Origin: Anolis carolinensis
Taxonomy: Eukaryota
Length of the DNA: 64,000 nucleotides
Reading direction: 5' to 3'
Assembly (NCBI RefSeq): GCF_035594765.1
Contig: NC_085846.1
Coordinates: 12,201,190-12,265,189 of the forward strand
In this document: positions 33,460 through 57,935 of the stretch, piece after piece
Position numbering within the stretch: the stretch's first letter is position 1
Layout of the letters: each line of letters starts with the position of its first letter
Made by a program: the position numbers and the translations under genes
The notes under the pieces: model-generated
What the model was told of the DNA's origin: nothing
The model's database searches: none
The model's input: the letters and a program-made list of their open reading frames with translations, nothing else

Positions 33460-35569
33460 TAACTGGATTTTTCCTCTCTTGCTTTTTAGATGGAAGTGGA
33501 GCTACCTGTCCTTGGAGAACAAGGAAGCTGGCGTAAGATAAGCAAGTTTACTTGAGGTAAATCTCCTGTGAGATTTCTGCTCTATCTAAATTGAGTCCTT
33601 CTTCTCACTCTCATTCCTTCCTTTCAAGTGATTTCAAACTTATGTTTGTCCATTTTAATCCTTGTGTCAATAAAACTAGATGAAGCCTGAGTTGTTTGAT
33701 CACTGTATGAGAGGACATAATGCTGTGAAATCTGCACATCCAGCACTAAAAGGAGGCGATTCCCAGCAGCTTGCTGTTGTAAACATGGTCTTTATGGCAC
33801 AATTGGAGCATAATGGATCAGCATACTCTTTATGGCAGGTTTTGTAATGTCCTGTCGTCCCATGTGACTTTGATCTGAGATCGCTAGAAGAAGAGGGCAA
33901 AACTCTTATGGTTGAGGAATAATTGTCCTATTTGTTCAATTCTGTGCTTAAAATCCCTCTCAGCTGGAATAGATAGTCTCAGAAATTGGTGGCCTTTCCA
34001 TCTTTGGAGGTCTTTGAATAAAGGTTGGATAGACATCTTTCAAGAGTGCTTTAGTTGTATATCTCTGTATGGCAAACAATTGGGATTAGCTGACCCATGT
34101 GGTTTCTTTCAACTCTGAGATTTTATCATTATAAAGCTTGGAAGATGGCGTGTGCACCTCTACCCTTTCCTATTTTGAAAGTCTTCACATCTCTTTCTTC
34201 ATCTTACCCAACACCTGCATTTCTTCTGTGGAACATGTACTCATAACCTCTGTGTATGAATGGACCACCAGAGTTACAGCACCTCAAATGAAGCAACTTG
34301 AGCTGTCCTCATGCTCAAGGCTGCCAGTCAAGCATTTCATAATGTCCCAGGATATGTGAATTAATCCATAGCCTTCTCCCATAGGGGATGCACGGAGATC
34401 CTGCCAGAGGGGAGAGTGCCCAGACCGAGAGAAAGCAGAAAGAAGTGTACAGTAATTTGTTATTTTAGGAGTAAGTATACAGCACTATTGAATTGCTTAG
34501 GAAATAAATACATATTGATTTTGGTGGTACGATCTCAGGCTGCAGGCTACTTAGCTGAATCTATTCTCAGTTCCAGCTTAGTAGCAGGGACTGCTTTAGT
34601 TTACTACCCTGTTTCTGTATCTTATATACAATAGTTGTAATCTAGCTTTCTGGTTTTATATTTGTCATATTTAATTATTATCCATTAGAATTGCTTCAGA
34701 ACCAATAATATTCACAACATAATACTCTTGATTGAAATGTTGTGAGAGAATTGCAGTTTGGGAAGAGTGTGAGGCAAGCTGCCACACTGCTCCCTGTGAT
34801 ATCCTAAATGAATAATATCCCATTGATTAAATTTATTATGGCCAATGTTTGCTGTTACCGCTGTTTATTTTTTCCTCAATTATATTGTTTACATTTTGAT
34901 TTGTTTTAAATGGTTTGCATTAATTTTGCTGGTATGATGACCAAAGATCCTATGGTTCATGACAAGATATACATATTTAAATAGTTTTTCACTTCTAAAG
35001 TGTGATTTCCTTTGTCAGTCCTAACTTGCCAAAAGTTAGGACTGCCTCTATGATTGAGTGAAACCTTTAAACAGACAGTAGGAAACTGTGACATAGCTGA
35101 TGTGTTATACCACAGGAATAACCGAATTATGATGGGTCAGACTGGCATACCATCTAACTCAAGAAATGGAAACCATTCAACCCCTCCAAGCTGATGTACT
35201 GCAACTCCTAGCATTCCTCATCATTGCTTATACTGTCTATGGCTAATGGCATCACAGTTTGACAACATTGGAAAGGCCACATGCTTCGCACTCCTATCAA
35301 AATTGTAATTACAATATGATTGCCATACCCATAGGAGATGCATTCCAGGACTTTGCATGGCTATCTGAAACTTTGAATAATTACGTACTCTGTTGTTCTA
35401 AATGGGATGATTGACGAAATACCAAGAAGAGGGTATATCATGAACAGGAGACCCTAAGTGAAACTGCAGAAGTAAAACCATGTATATCAATTCTAAAGAG
35501 GCTCTATATCAATAAAGAAATGCCATTCTAACACTTCTGTTTTGCTTCTAGCTGTCTGTGGAAAAAAGA

Positions 35570-47709
<12,140 letters not shown>

Positions 47710-50700
47710 AAAGACTTTTCTCCATGGGTGGAATTCCCCTTGGCTGCTGGAGAAAGCTTTTAATTACCTACATCCAGGCCCAGTTCTGCAAGAATTATGC
47801 CCTATGGATTCCTACCAATGCCCCGTGATGGCCCGGTGAAGCGCTCCTTTCCTCTTGGACTCCTGAATGCTGTGATAAAGGATTTGGGGGCTCGTGTTCC
47901 TGTGCAATTGCTGGTAGATGCAGCATCCTCCTGGTTATTCCAGTCCTTCCTATGGGCATGCTTTATGCTTTAATGACTTGTCTCTTGAAGCCAGATTCCT
48001 GTGAGAGCCTGTGGACAACTTTTCAAGGCTCTCCTTGGAGAAGTGTGAAGTTACAAAATAGCACTAGGGCAGAATAAAGTCGCTTTTTCGCTGCCCTCCT
48101 CCCGTTCACTGCCAACTGCATTTTCATTCTCCTGCTGAGGTTGTGATTGTTTTTCAAAGACATTGGGTGAAGGGAAACCTTTTACTCTCGCATGTGCACA
48201 TCCTGTTTGGATTTCTCAGGCTGTTCTCAATCTGAAAGTAAAAAAAAATTACATAGTAGCATGTGGCACCAAAAAAAACTCTTCCTTTCATCTTACAACG
48301 TAAGTCTCAGCCAAGGACATCTCTTATTGCTACATCTACATGTTGGGCCTTCAACAAATAAAGACATTTCAAGTGGCAGGCAGCAGCCAAATGTCCTCCT
48401 CTTGAGAGGAAAAGACTATACGATAACCTTGAGTGTTCATATTCCGTTGCTCTGGGGTGGGTTCCAGAACATTCTTCTTTCCTACACAATGATGTGTTTT
48501 ATTTCCACACAATCTGTTCTTTCTGTTGCCATTCATTGTTTTTTAAACAAATAAAACATGTTACTCTGGGGAGCGGGATGATGGGTTCCTCTCTGCCCTT
48601 TCCCCTCCCTATTCAGCATTAGAGGGAAGGGGGTACAGAAATAATTCTCTTTTTTGCTGTGATACTCCAATAAAAAGTGCAGATTCCAAAATCTACCAAG
48701 CGTTGTCTACTTTTCAGAGGAAATTATAGTAAGGTGATGATAACCAATGAAAAAAATAGCTATGTATGGGTCAGAATTTGACCAAAGAGGACCTTTTTAA
48801 CCAGCTAAATCTTGTATTAGAGATTTTCTTGTTAATGTCCGTAGTATCACGAAAGATACTCAGTTTGTTAAACCTGACTCTGACATAAGTATAAAGGCAG
48901 GCAATAACTGATACATTACTACAAACCTTGGCACGTGCCTTTTCTCTTGTACTTCATCTAAAACGGAAGATATTGAAATGAGAGTTGTACAATATAATGG
49001 AGACACTTTGGTGTTGTAATAAAAAGGTCTTTTTAACTCTATATCTCACATGACACAGTTCTATAAGTTAAGATCTGTGTTGGTTTTCTAAAGTTATATT
49101 GGTAGTTTTACTCAGTTTTAGGAAAGTCTATTCTCAGATTATCCTTCATACTTAGAATGATCCAGTGAGGGGATCAAGTGTTGAGGTAAATAGATTTATT
49201 TGGAAATCACCGTATTGATAAGGAACCAGACATAGAGGTGCTTCAGTTCTTGGTGAAGTATTTCCTGAAATAAACATTTTGGATAAAATTAAGGAAATGC
49301 TGACAGTATGCCTATCTCAAGGAAGTAAAACTAATGGTCAAAAGCCCTGTGTCAGAAAAGCGTGAGGGAATAATGGCGCATTTAGATATCACTGTGCTTG
49401 AACCCACAAACAGTGTGGAAATAAGGAAAATACAAGGAAGAATTGAACTGGCATGGTTGAGATTCTAGATCAGCTACTTAATTATTCAGAGTTCATCTTT
49501 CATTTCTTGATGCCTGGTAAATCAAGATTGGGGGACTTTTAGGATGCCTATGTATTCCCTACGCTATTGAATATATATAGACTATGAATACAAATTAATC
49601 ATGAATGTGCAGCTCTAGGCTGGGCATTGTAACTGCAAGTTTCGGCATTCCTGTTAGACCCAGGATTATTCTTACAACTTTCCTGCATTGAATGCCTTCT
49701 ACAAATCGCTGTATGAAAACAAAACAATGGTCAGAATCAACTGAAAAGCTGCTATATGATGGAAGCGCTTAGGTTCAGGCAAACTATCAGGAAGGCAAAG
49801 TACCTTAAATACTAAAGATAACCATTTGAATACTTTTAAAAAGAATGTTATTTGGCCAGAATCGAACATCCCCTCAGGAGAAGGTTAAATTGCCTCTGTG
49901 TCTGTCTCTGTCTATGTGTATATGGGCATTGAATGTTTGCCCTATATGTATATAATGAGATCCGCCCTGAGTCCCCTTTGGGGTGAGAAGGGTGGAATAT
50001 AAATACTGTAAATAAACAAATATTATGCAATTTCTGCATGCCCTCCCAAACACAAAAATGATTTGAGCAGAACAACTTCAGTCTTAATTCTGGAATTGAA
50101 TAGCTCAACATTACGAAAATAGAAGTTATGAAATTCTTGTTATGGCTGCTGAAAAGCAAAACCGAAAGTCGAAACCTATCTGGCCTCATGATATTAGTGA
50201 CTGAAGTGTAAACAGAGACCAATTTCCAGAAAATAGTTTGCTGTCTCTCTAATTCTTTTCCTGGCTATGACTGAGTTCTCATGGGTTCATATGTATGCAG
50301 TGAATCATACACTGGCGGGGTTTGGGGGAGAGATTGACCCAGCATGACTGTAGTTGTAGTTCATCCACATCCTTACGCATTTTCTAATGGGCCCATTCAT
50401 AAAATCCAAAAACAATTACGTTTATTTCGGGAGCTCTATGCAGATTAATTATCACTCTAAGATGCAGCAGCTACAACGGGGGGATGTAGAAAGGGATTTT
50501 GTTGAGAAACCCAAGAATGGCGTTGGAGGGAGTGTGTCACTTTGAATTTGAACTATTTTGATTTTTTTTTATCTAGCCAATAATAACTACTTTTGAAGAC
50601 TAACAGGTTTTATTTGGCATGAGATTTTGCAGACTGCAACCCACTTCCTGAGATGCAAGCAGCAGACAGATATTTATGCACAAGTCTGAAGTGGGAGGAT

Positions 50701-51393
50701 GTAATTATTAAGGTGAGAGAATGGAAATGTAAAAAGTACAAGCTTTTAATTGTTAAGAGTATTCTAGTATGTTATTGGAAACACTATTAGAAGTGTTTGT
50801 GAATGCCAAAAATGTTAATATTATTGCTCTTTTATTTGTATTACACTAGGAATGTATATGCCCACGATATATGGCTTTTTCCTATTAACCTCCACAACAA
50901 TCCTGTAAGACAATTATATTGAACGATTGTAGTAGCCCATAGTAATATGGGTCTCCTTGTTCCAAGCACTTTAAATGTTACACTACCAGTTTTCTCAGAT
51001 TTGTTTTAGCTGTCAAAAAAAGAATGTATTACATTTGATTATAGCTCTTTACATTCATTTTAACTATCATGGCTTTCTTCTGTAAGCAATTCTTTAAAAA
51101 ATAATCCCCAAAGGTCCAAAAACTACAAGTCAGGAATCCAAGCAACTGTAAAGGCTCAATAGGCTCAAGAGGTATCTTATTTTTAAATAAGAGTTAGGCT
51201 TGTTGAGTGCTATTAAATAAAGGTCTCTCTTGTCAAACTGCACATATTTGTTCCTCACGGTACTACAACTACTTTCAATGTATGCACAGCACAATTAAGC
51301 AGGAAAACACTTTTAAATCAGGAACAGAACATTTTTCAAATTTTGTTACACAATGTTGTTAGCAACATATGAGAAACATCACAATTCCGGTCT

Positions 51394-51489
51394 CTTTCAC
51401 TTTCATTTTCATTGAATGTAGGGAGGAAACCAAGCCAGCACAAAAATCAGCAGACTGCTTCCTGCTCTCTTCTGGAACAGAAGGTAAGT
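51394..51489 (+). promoter_or_regulatory. IRF/ISRE array and candidate non-coding first exon of the second VLIG gene
   Basis: CTTTCACTTTCATTTTCA (51394-51411; reverse TGAAAATGAAAGTGAAAG), followed ~70 nt later by a perfect donor AAG|gtaagt at 51484. Confidence 0.55.
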
Positions 51490-54102
51490 CATCCCCTTGC
51501 CTTTAATAACAGTTATAAATAATATATGCTATTTACAGAACAGATCGAGTATTGCTTATTCATAATGCTTAGGGCCATGAGTGTTTTGGATGAGATCTCT
51601 TGGGAAATGAGACCCAAGTCTAAACATGAAATTAATTTAGGTTTCATATATACCCTACACTTGGCCTTGAGGCAATTTTATACAATATTTGTAATAATTT
51701 TGTGCGTGAAATCTTTGTGTACTTTGAACCATCAGAAAGCAAACGTTTAACTTTCTCAGCTACCTATGTGGACGCTTGGATTTTAGCATTTCGATTCTAA
51801 AGGATGCTGAGTTATATTCTGATTTAGGGTTGATATTAATAATGTTTATAAGGCGTTCATATGTCAGTAACCCTTTAATATAACCCATGTTTGTGTTAGG
51901 TTGAACTTTTGAATAGCTAAATAGAGATTTAGAAACTTACCAGACACTCAAGTTTAAGAGGACTTGACAAACTGTATTTTTAATTTCTATTTTAAATTTT
52001 AACCTCTTGAGGATGCCTGCCATAGATGTGGGCGAAGCGTCAGGAGAGAATGCTTCTGGAACATGGCTATACATCCTGGAACACTCACAACAACCCTATT
52101 TTTAAATTATTGCAGCTTTAACCATTCTTGAGAGACTGAACAAAAACAGCAGTCAAGCTTAAGATGACCAAATAGACTTCTTAAAAAATTGTATTTTGGA
52201 TTGTCTGGTCCTGAAATTGGTGTGAACTATAACAGAGATGGAAGAGGCACCTGCAAACTCTTTTTGCTGTAGGATTCTGTAGCTTTTAATTCCAAATCTT
52301 TCTTTTAGCCTCCTCCTAAAAAGCACGCCAGATTGAAAAGGGCTTTACTTATAATCTCAATGACCCAACACCAATTTTGAAAAAAAGTATACCAGAAAAT
52401 CCAGATGTTGACATGTGCCCCATACCATGTTTCTTAATCTAATTGTTAAAATAGGAAATTTTTCATTTTGTATTTTTCAGATAGGAAGAAAGAGGATGAA
52501 ACTGGACAAGAAACACAGCAAGAAAAGAATGATCATGCAAAAGGTACTTGGCATTTCATTGTTCTTGATCTAGAAATGTCATTTTGATATACTCTATTCG
52601 ACTTCTTCTTTGCTTTCCACTTCCACCCTCTAGCAAGCAGATCTCTAATTGACATGGTTCTGGAAGTGACACCAGAAGATATAGTTTCCTTTTTCTTCAT
52701 ATGTTATACTAAAGCTATCTACACTACTAGTATTTAGACTTTGGGGAGGAAAATAATTTATTAGCAGATTCAAGCATGTTTGTATGCAAATAGTGTTTAT
52801 TTTACAAATTTATTGTGCTTGAGGAATTACAGCTGTGTCATTACGGTATATAATTTTGACTTTCCAGTGAAATATACAGAACTGTTTTATTTGGCTGTTG
52901 TTTTATTTTGTTGATGTGTGCATTATTGGTTGTCCTTATATGAAGACGAACATGCCAAGAGTGTTTTCATGACAGAATTTACTCAGAAGGGGTTTGTTTG
53001 CTTTTGACTTCCTTTGCAAGGCTGAAGTACAACAACATTAATCCGCAGGAGTTCCTGATAGACATTTTAAAAAACTGCATTTCTGGATGTCAATTCCTGA
53101 AGCTGGAGTAGACTACTGCAGAAATAGGATGAAGCAACAGTAAGTCTTTTGGGTACAGAATTCTCTATTTTCAAATTCTCAAACTTTTTCTTTTGCTCCT
53201 TCCTCAAAAGCATGCCAGACCAAAAAGGAGGATACTTGTAATATCAAGGACCCAACCATGATTTTGGAGAAAAATGTACCAGAAAACCCAGCTCTTCCCA
53301 TGTCTCCTGTACCAAAGGAGGACAAGAACCCAGAAGACGACTCACGCTGTAAGAAGAGGTGTTATTTCAAATATGAATAGTCAAAATCTGAGAAAACAGT
53401 CTCGGAGGGTGGTTGTGGTCAAGAAACAAAATAGCAGGGAAGGATGTGACACTAAAGGAAGACAACTCCAAAGATATATAAATGTAGTTTGTAGAAATTC
53501 AAGTAAGCCAAAACAAAGGGGAATTTGAGGGGACAAAGAAGACAGTGATATTTTAAAATTAAAAAGTGGGATGTCAGAGGCGGGATTGGGGCTTTCCTTG
53601 CTAAAATCAGGACAGTTGGAGGTTTTGAGATCTATGTATTTTATCCTTTTATCCATGTCTGGATCATGTCCTCTTTCTTCAATAAAGCTTCTGTGGTCCC
53701 TCTGTCTCAGAAGTGGAAAACCAAGTGGGGCTCCACACTCTAAAATGACTGCTGAGCCAATTTAAATGGTTCTGGCAACCAGGTCTTGATTTGTTGACCA
53801 TGTGCCTCTTTTGTTCCCTCTATTGATGGCAGAGGGAGAAGGAGGAGAGAAGTAAAGAAAGGCAGGAAAAGGCCTTATATAAGCAATAGCTTTTCAGCAT
53901 TTCTTCCCCTGTAAACCTGGCCCACTTACTTACTGATTATATCCCACTTGTCAGCCAGATGAGCATCTTCAGTGATTTACAAATGGTTCATTTCATAGTT
54001 CCCTGTCCTCAGGCTTATGGTTTAAAAAGACAGGATGCATAAAGATGAGATTATAATTGAGAATGTGAGAATGTCCAGTAGATACGACCTGTTTGTCTCT
54101 CA

Positions 54103-54335
54103 CATAGAATCATAAGAGTTGGAAGAGACCTCGTGGGCCATCCAATCCAACCCCCTGCCAAGAAGCAGGAAAATCACATTCAAAGCACCCCTGACAAATG
54201 GCCATCCAGCCTCTGTTTATAAGCCTCCAAAGAAGGAGCCCCACAGAAGGAGTTCCACTGCTGAACAGCTCTCACAGTTAGGAAGTTCTTCCTAATGTTC
54301 AGGTGGAGTCTCCTTTCATGTAGTTTGAAGCCAAT
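54103..54335 (-). mobile_element. CR1 LINE 3' end
   Basis: CATAGAATCATAAGAGTTGGAAGAGACC...AGGAAGTTCTTCCTAATGTT. Confidence 0.7.
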
Positions 54336-54498
54336 TGTTGATTACAGCCAATATTTGGGGGTATTCCAGAAAATGGAATATCATTACAGTGAGGAATTTA
54401 ATGTAGTGTGATGCCTTCTATTTAATAAAAGGTTCTCGGCTACTAATCAATATTAATTCAGTGATCTTTGTTCCTGGGATTGTGAATATTGCAATGTA

Positions 54499-54580
54499 CA
54501 GTAGAGTCTCACTTATCCAACATAAACGGGCTGGCAGAACATTGGATAAGCAAAGAAGTTGGATAAGGGAGACTCTACTG
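54499..54580. mobile_element. Minimal internally deleted copy of the same MITE
   Basis: Both TIRs within 82 bp; TA flanks. Confidence 0.75.
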
Positions 54581-54792
54581 TATTTATTGATTTCAGTGCC
54601 TGCTGTGTCCCAGTTTTACACACCATATTTCATAATAAGACACAATGTCACCACTCTTGGTAAACAGTTGAGAAAGGTACAAAACCATGTTTAATGGAAA
54701 AGGGCAAAAAAAATGATACAGACAGTTGTGAGGCAAATGAAGAGACTCAAAAGGGATGAAAATAATAACACACATTTTAAACCTTTCTGCAG

Positions 54793-56810
54793 GGAGAAGT
54801 GAGGCACTTGAGGATATTCTCTCTGAATTAAAATTGTTGAAACAAAAAAGCAAGAACATGACACTGCAAGAAACCCTTGAAATCAGTTCTGGAAGTTTAA
54901 AGCATTGTTCTCCACATAGCCTAGAAGAGCTTCCTTGGCATTTTCTGCGGAAAGTCCTGGCTTTGAATGTGAGCGCCCGGAACACAAACCTTGACCAGGG
55001 GACAGCTGGTGGAGAAGGTGTGAGAGGAATGGATAAAGAAAAGACAATTGATGATAGAGTATTCAATATTACTGAGAGGGATATAGATTTGTCTATGAAC
55101 CCCCTTGATGTCCTTTGTGCTCTTCTGCTTTGTTCGGATAGTTTCCTTCAGCAAGATATCCTCTCCAAAATGTCCCTGTGCCAGTTTGCCCTGCCTTTGC
55201 TTCTGCCACCCTTAGAGACTTCCAAATGCACCCTGATGATTTGGGCCATGAGAGACATTGTGAAGAAATGGAGGCCCCATTCGCTGGCTGGAAGCAGAGG
55301 CTTTAGGGAAGAGAACCTGGTATTGATTCCCATGCCAATAATATCCTTGTCAAGCTATAGATTAAATGATTTTGAAGTAAATGATGACCATTTGCAGTTA
55401 CCCTGGTTGAAATATCTAAGTTTTAATTTAGAGGCTCGTAAGATGAGGATACAAGAAATATCTCTCTCACTGATATACAAGTACATTTCATATATGGATG
55501 AAAAAATCAGTTCCAAAAGAGATTATGTTTCAACATACTGTGGAGAACTTCTCAGTTTCATTAATCAGAACCTTCAAGAGGATGATGTTAAAAAACTTAA
55601 TACGACATCTGCCTTTGAAGTGGACCTGAAGCTTCACATTTTAGGAGAATCAGCTTACAAATTCCAGCAGATGCATAAAGATTTCATTGAAGAAAATGAT
55701 CACCAGAAAAGACTGGAGCAACTGAAACCTCATTATTTTTCCATTTTCAAAGATCTTTATCAGAAAAAAGATGCCCAGCAAATCAGAGCCAAAGGCTTCT
55801 GTGACAGGTGTCTCCATCCTGCCTTAGAAGAGCACATCAACAAAAGACTTGGGATAGAAATAATAGATCAATTTCGTAACAGTGAACGTTCAATGGAATG
55901 TTCTGGTCGGAACTTCTTTCAGTTTACACTCTTGAAGGAGCTGTTGGATAAATGGAATTTTGACCAGTATGTAGAATCCATCACAAACTATGAACAGTTT
56001 GTCAAGAACTGGATCCAGAAACGAGTGATAGATTCCTATATCAAAAATGAGAATTTGAAGAACTTGGAAAAAGACATTCTTTCAGGAGTAATAGCAAAAG
56101 TTAAGAATGCACTGGACATCCTAAGAAATAAAGAGATTGAAACATTCTCTAATTTTGTGGACAATATTAGTCTGGAACTGCAAAAAGCCTTGGCCATATC
56201 TAAGAGTAAACTAGTAGGATTAGAGTTGAGGAGTGCATTTGATCCTAGCAACTTCTCTGCTTATGTTGAGAACTATCTTCAAGATTTGCAGAAAGAGATA
56301 CTCTCCACATTTGAATCATTAGATATTGAATCCAAGCTCTCAAGATTGTCTGTGAAACCCCAGGATGAGATCTTCAAGCAAGTGTTTGGCTGCGGGAAGC
56401 AGTGTCCCTTCTGCAAGGTCCCCTGTGAAGCCGGCGGTGCTGCCCACAAGGAGCATTTTGCAGCTGTCCATCGCCCTAAAGGATTAGGAACATACAGATA
56501 TGATACCACAAAAAAGCTTGTTATTGATATATGTTCTTCTTCTGTAGCCTCCCAAGTCTCTTTCAGATGTCCAGAAACCAATTGGGAATGGCATCCGTAT
56601 AAAGATTATCGTAAGATTTTTCCTGACTGGTGCATCCAACCTGATCCCAGTCTCAATGCTTCTGATTACTGGAAGTTTGTTTTAAAAGAGTTCAATAATG
56701 AGTTTTCCAAAAAGTATGAATGTAAACCAGCAGATTTGCCTAAAGACTGGAAACAGATAACAAAAGAACAGGCTCTCCAAGCCTTGAAGGAATCTTATAA
56801 CATGAAATAG
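54793..56810 (+). CDS. VLIG/URGCP-like paralogue with in-frame internal deletion of the GTPase region (terminal exon; candidate upstream exons 51421..51483, 52481..52543, 53211..53348); could be a young pseudogene
   Basis: The N-part matches gene 1 up to MPTIS (NPLDVLCALLLCSDSFLQQ, IVKKWRPHSLA). It then jumps to the equivalent of gene 1 ORF residue ~1091 onward (DYVSTYCGELL, LKPHYFSIFKDLY, GCGKQCPFCKVPC, ASDYWKF). No G1 or G3 motif. Acceptor cag|GG at 54793; AATAAA at 56832. Confidence 0.8.
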
Positions 56811-57935
56811 ACAGCTCTCTTCTGAGTAAACAATAAATATCTGAGGTTTGAATTATAGAGAATTGTTTCAATCAAAGGCTTCTGTTTTTGAAATTTCTCT
56901 TTTGTACATAATTTCTTTAAAAAATATGATAGGGTATCTGGATCCCTGGAAGAATGGAAGGTATGCATATCATAAGCTTTTCCAGCTGCACATTAGCTTT
57001 ACAGTATTAGGAATATATTGAGAAAGTGGAAAACCATATCCATGATGTTTTTCCCACTAACTTCCATGACCAGAGCCAGAAATCATGCCACAAATTGGGA
57101 ACTCCATCTATACAACAGTTATTGCGACCATCATTTCCATTGAAAGATCCACTCAGATCCCAATATCAATTATTTTGTTTAGTAGAAACTGATTCCATCA
57201 TAATTTTGCCAAGAAAGGCTGAAACAAAAATGTTAATCCCTTTTCTGTTTTCCTTTCCTAATGTTGTTATATTTATTTATACCACGCTTTATCTTTCCCA
57301 AAGGAAACTCAAAGCGGCTTAATATAAAAACATCAACATACAACAATTTCAAATATACAAATATGCAAACATTAAAACAGAATTAAATATAAACAGTATT
57401 AAAACATACCTAGTTAAAAACCGCTAAATCATGCTATGAGTTAAAAACCACAGTGTTCCTCTGTCAAAACTGGAAAAATGTAAGCAGACACACATAAAAC
57501 CCTGAAGTATTTGACATCTTGAAAGAAACCAGAATATGAAAAGAAATTACTTTCTCCAGTAACTAGCAAAAAATTAGAAGGCAATGTTATAATAATAATA
57601 ATAATTTTATTTTTGTACCCCGCCACCATCTCCCCAGAGAGACTCGGGGCGGCTTACAGATATAAAACCAACATACAATAATATCAAATACAAAAACACA
57701 CAAATAAATTTAAAAAGCATTAAAAATCACAGTCATTATAAAACATTTGAGAAACACAGCAATAAAAACATAAAATGAGCTGGGCAAAGTGCACTGAGTG
57801 GAACTTGTAAACAAGAAGGAAGTTAAGGTGCTACAAAGTCATGGGAAGAGCTTTAGACTGGGGTGAACACTGAAGCTATGTCAAGGAGTTAACCAAGAGG
57901 TACAACTGGTCAGAAGAACCCGTTAGTACCAGGGT

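Noticed and set aside
55340-55360. Intron or specific microhomology explaining the VLIG deletion junction
   Set aside because: The sequence is simply absent from the DNA, and without the parental copy a microhomology cannot be shown.
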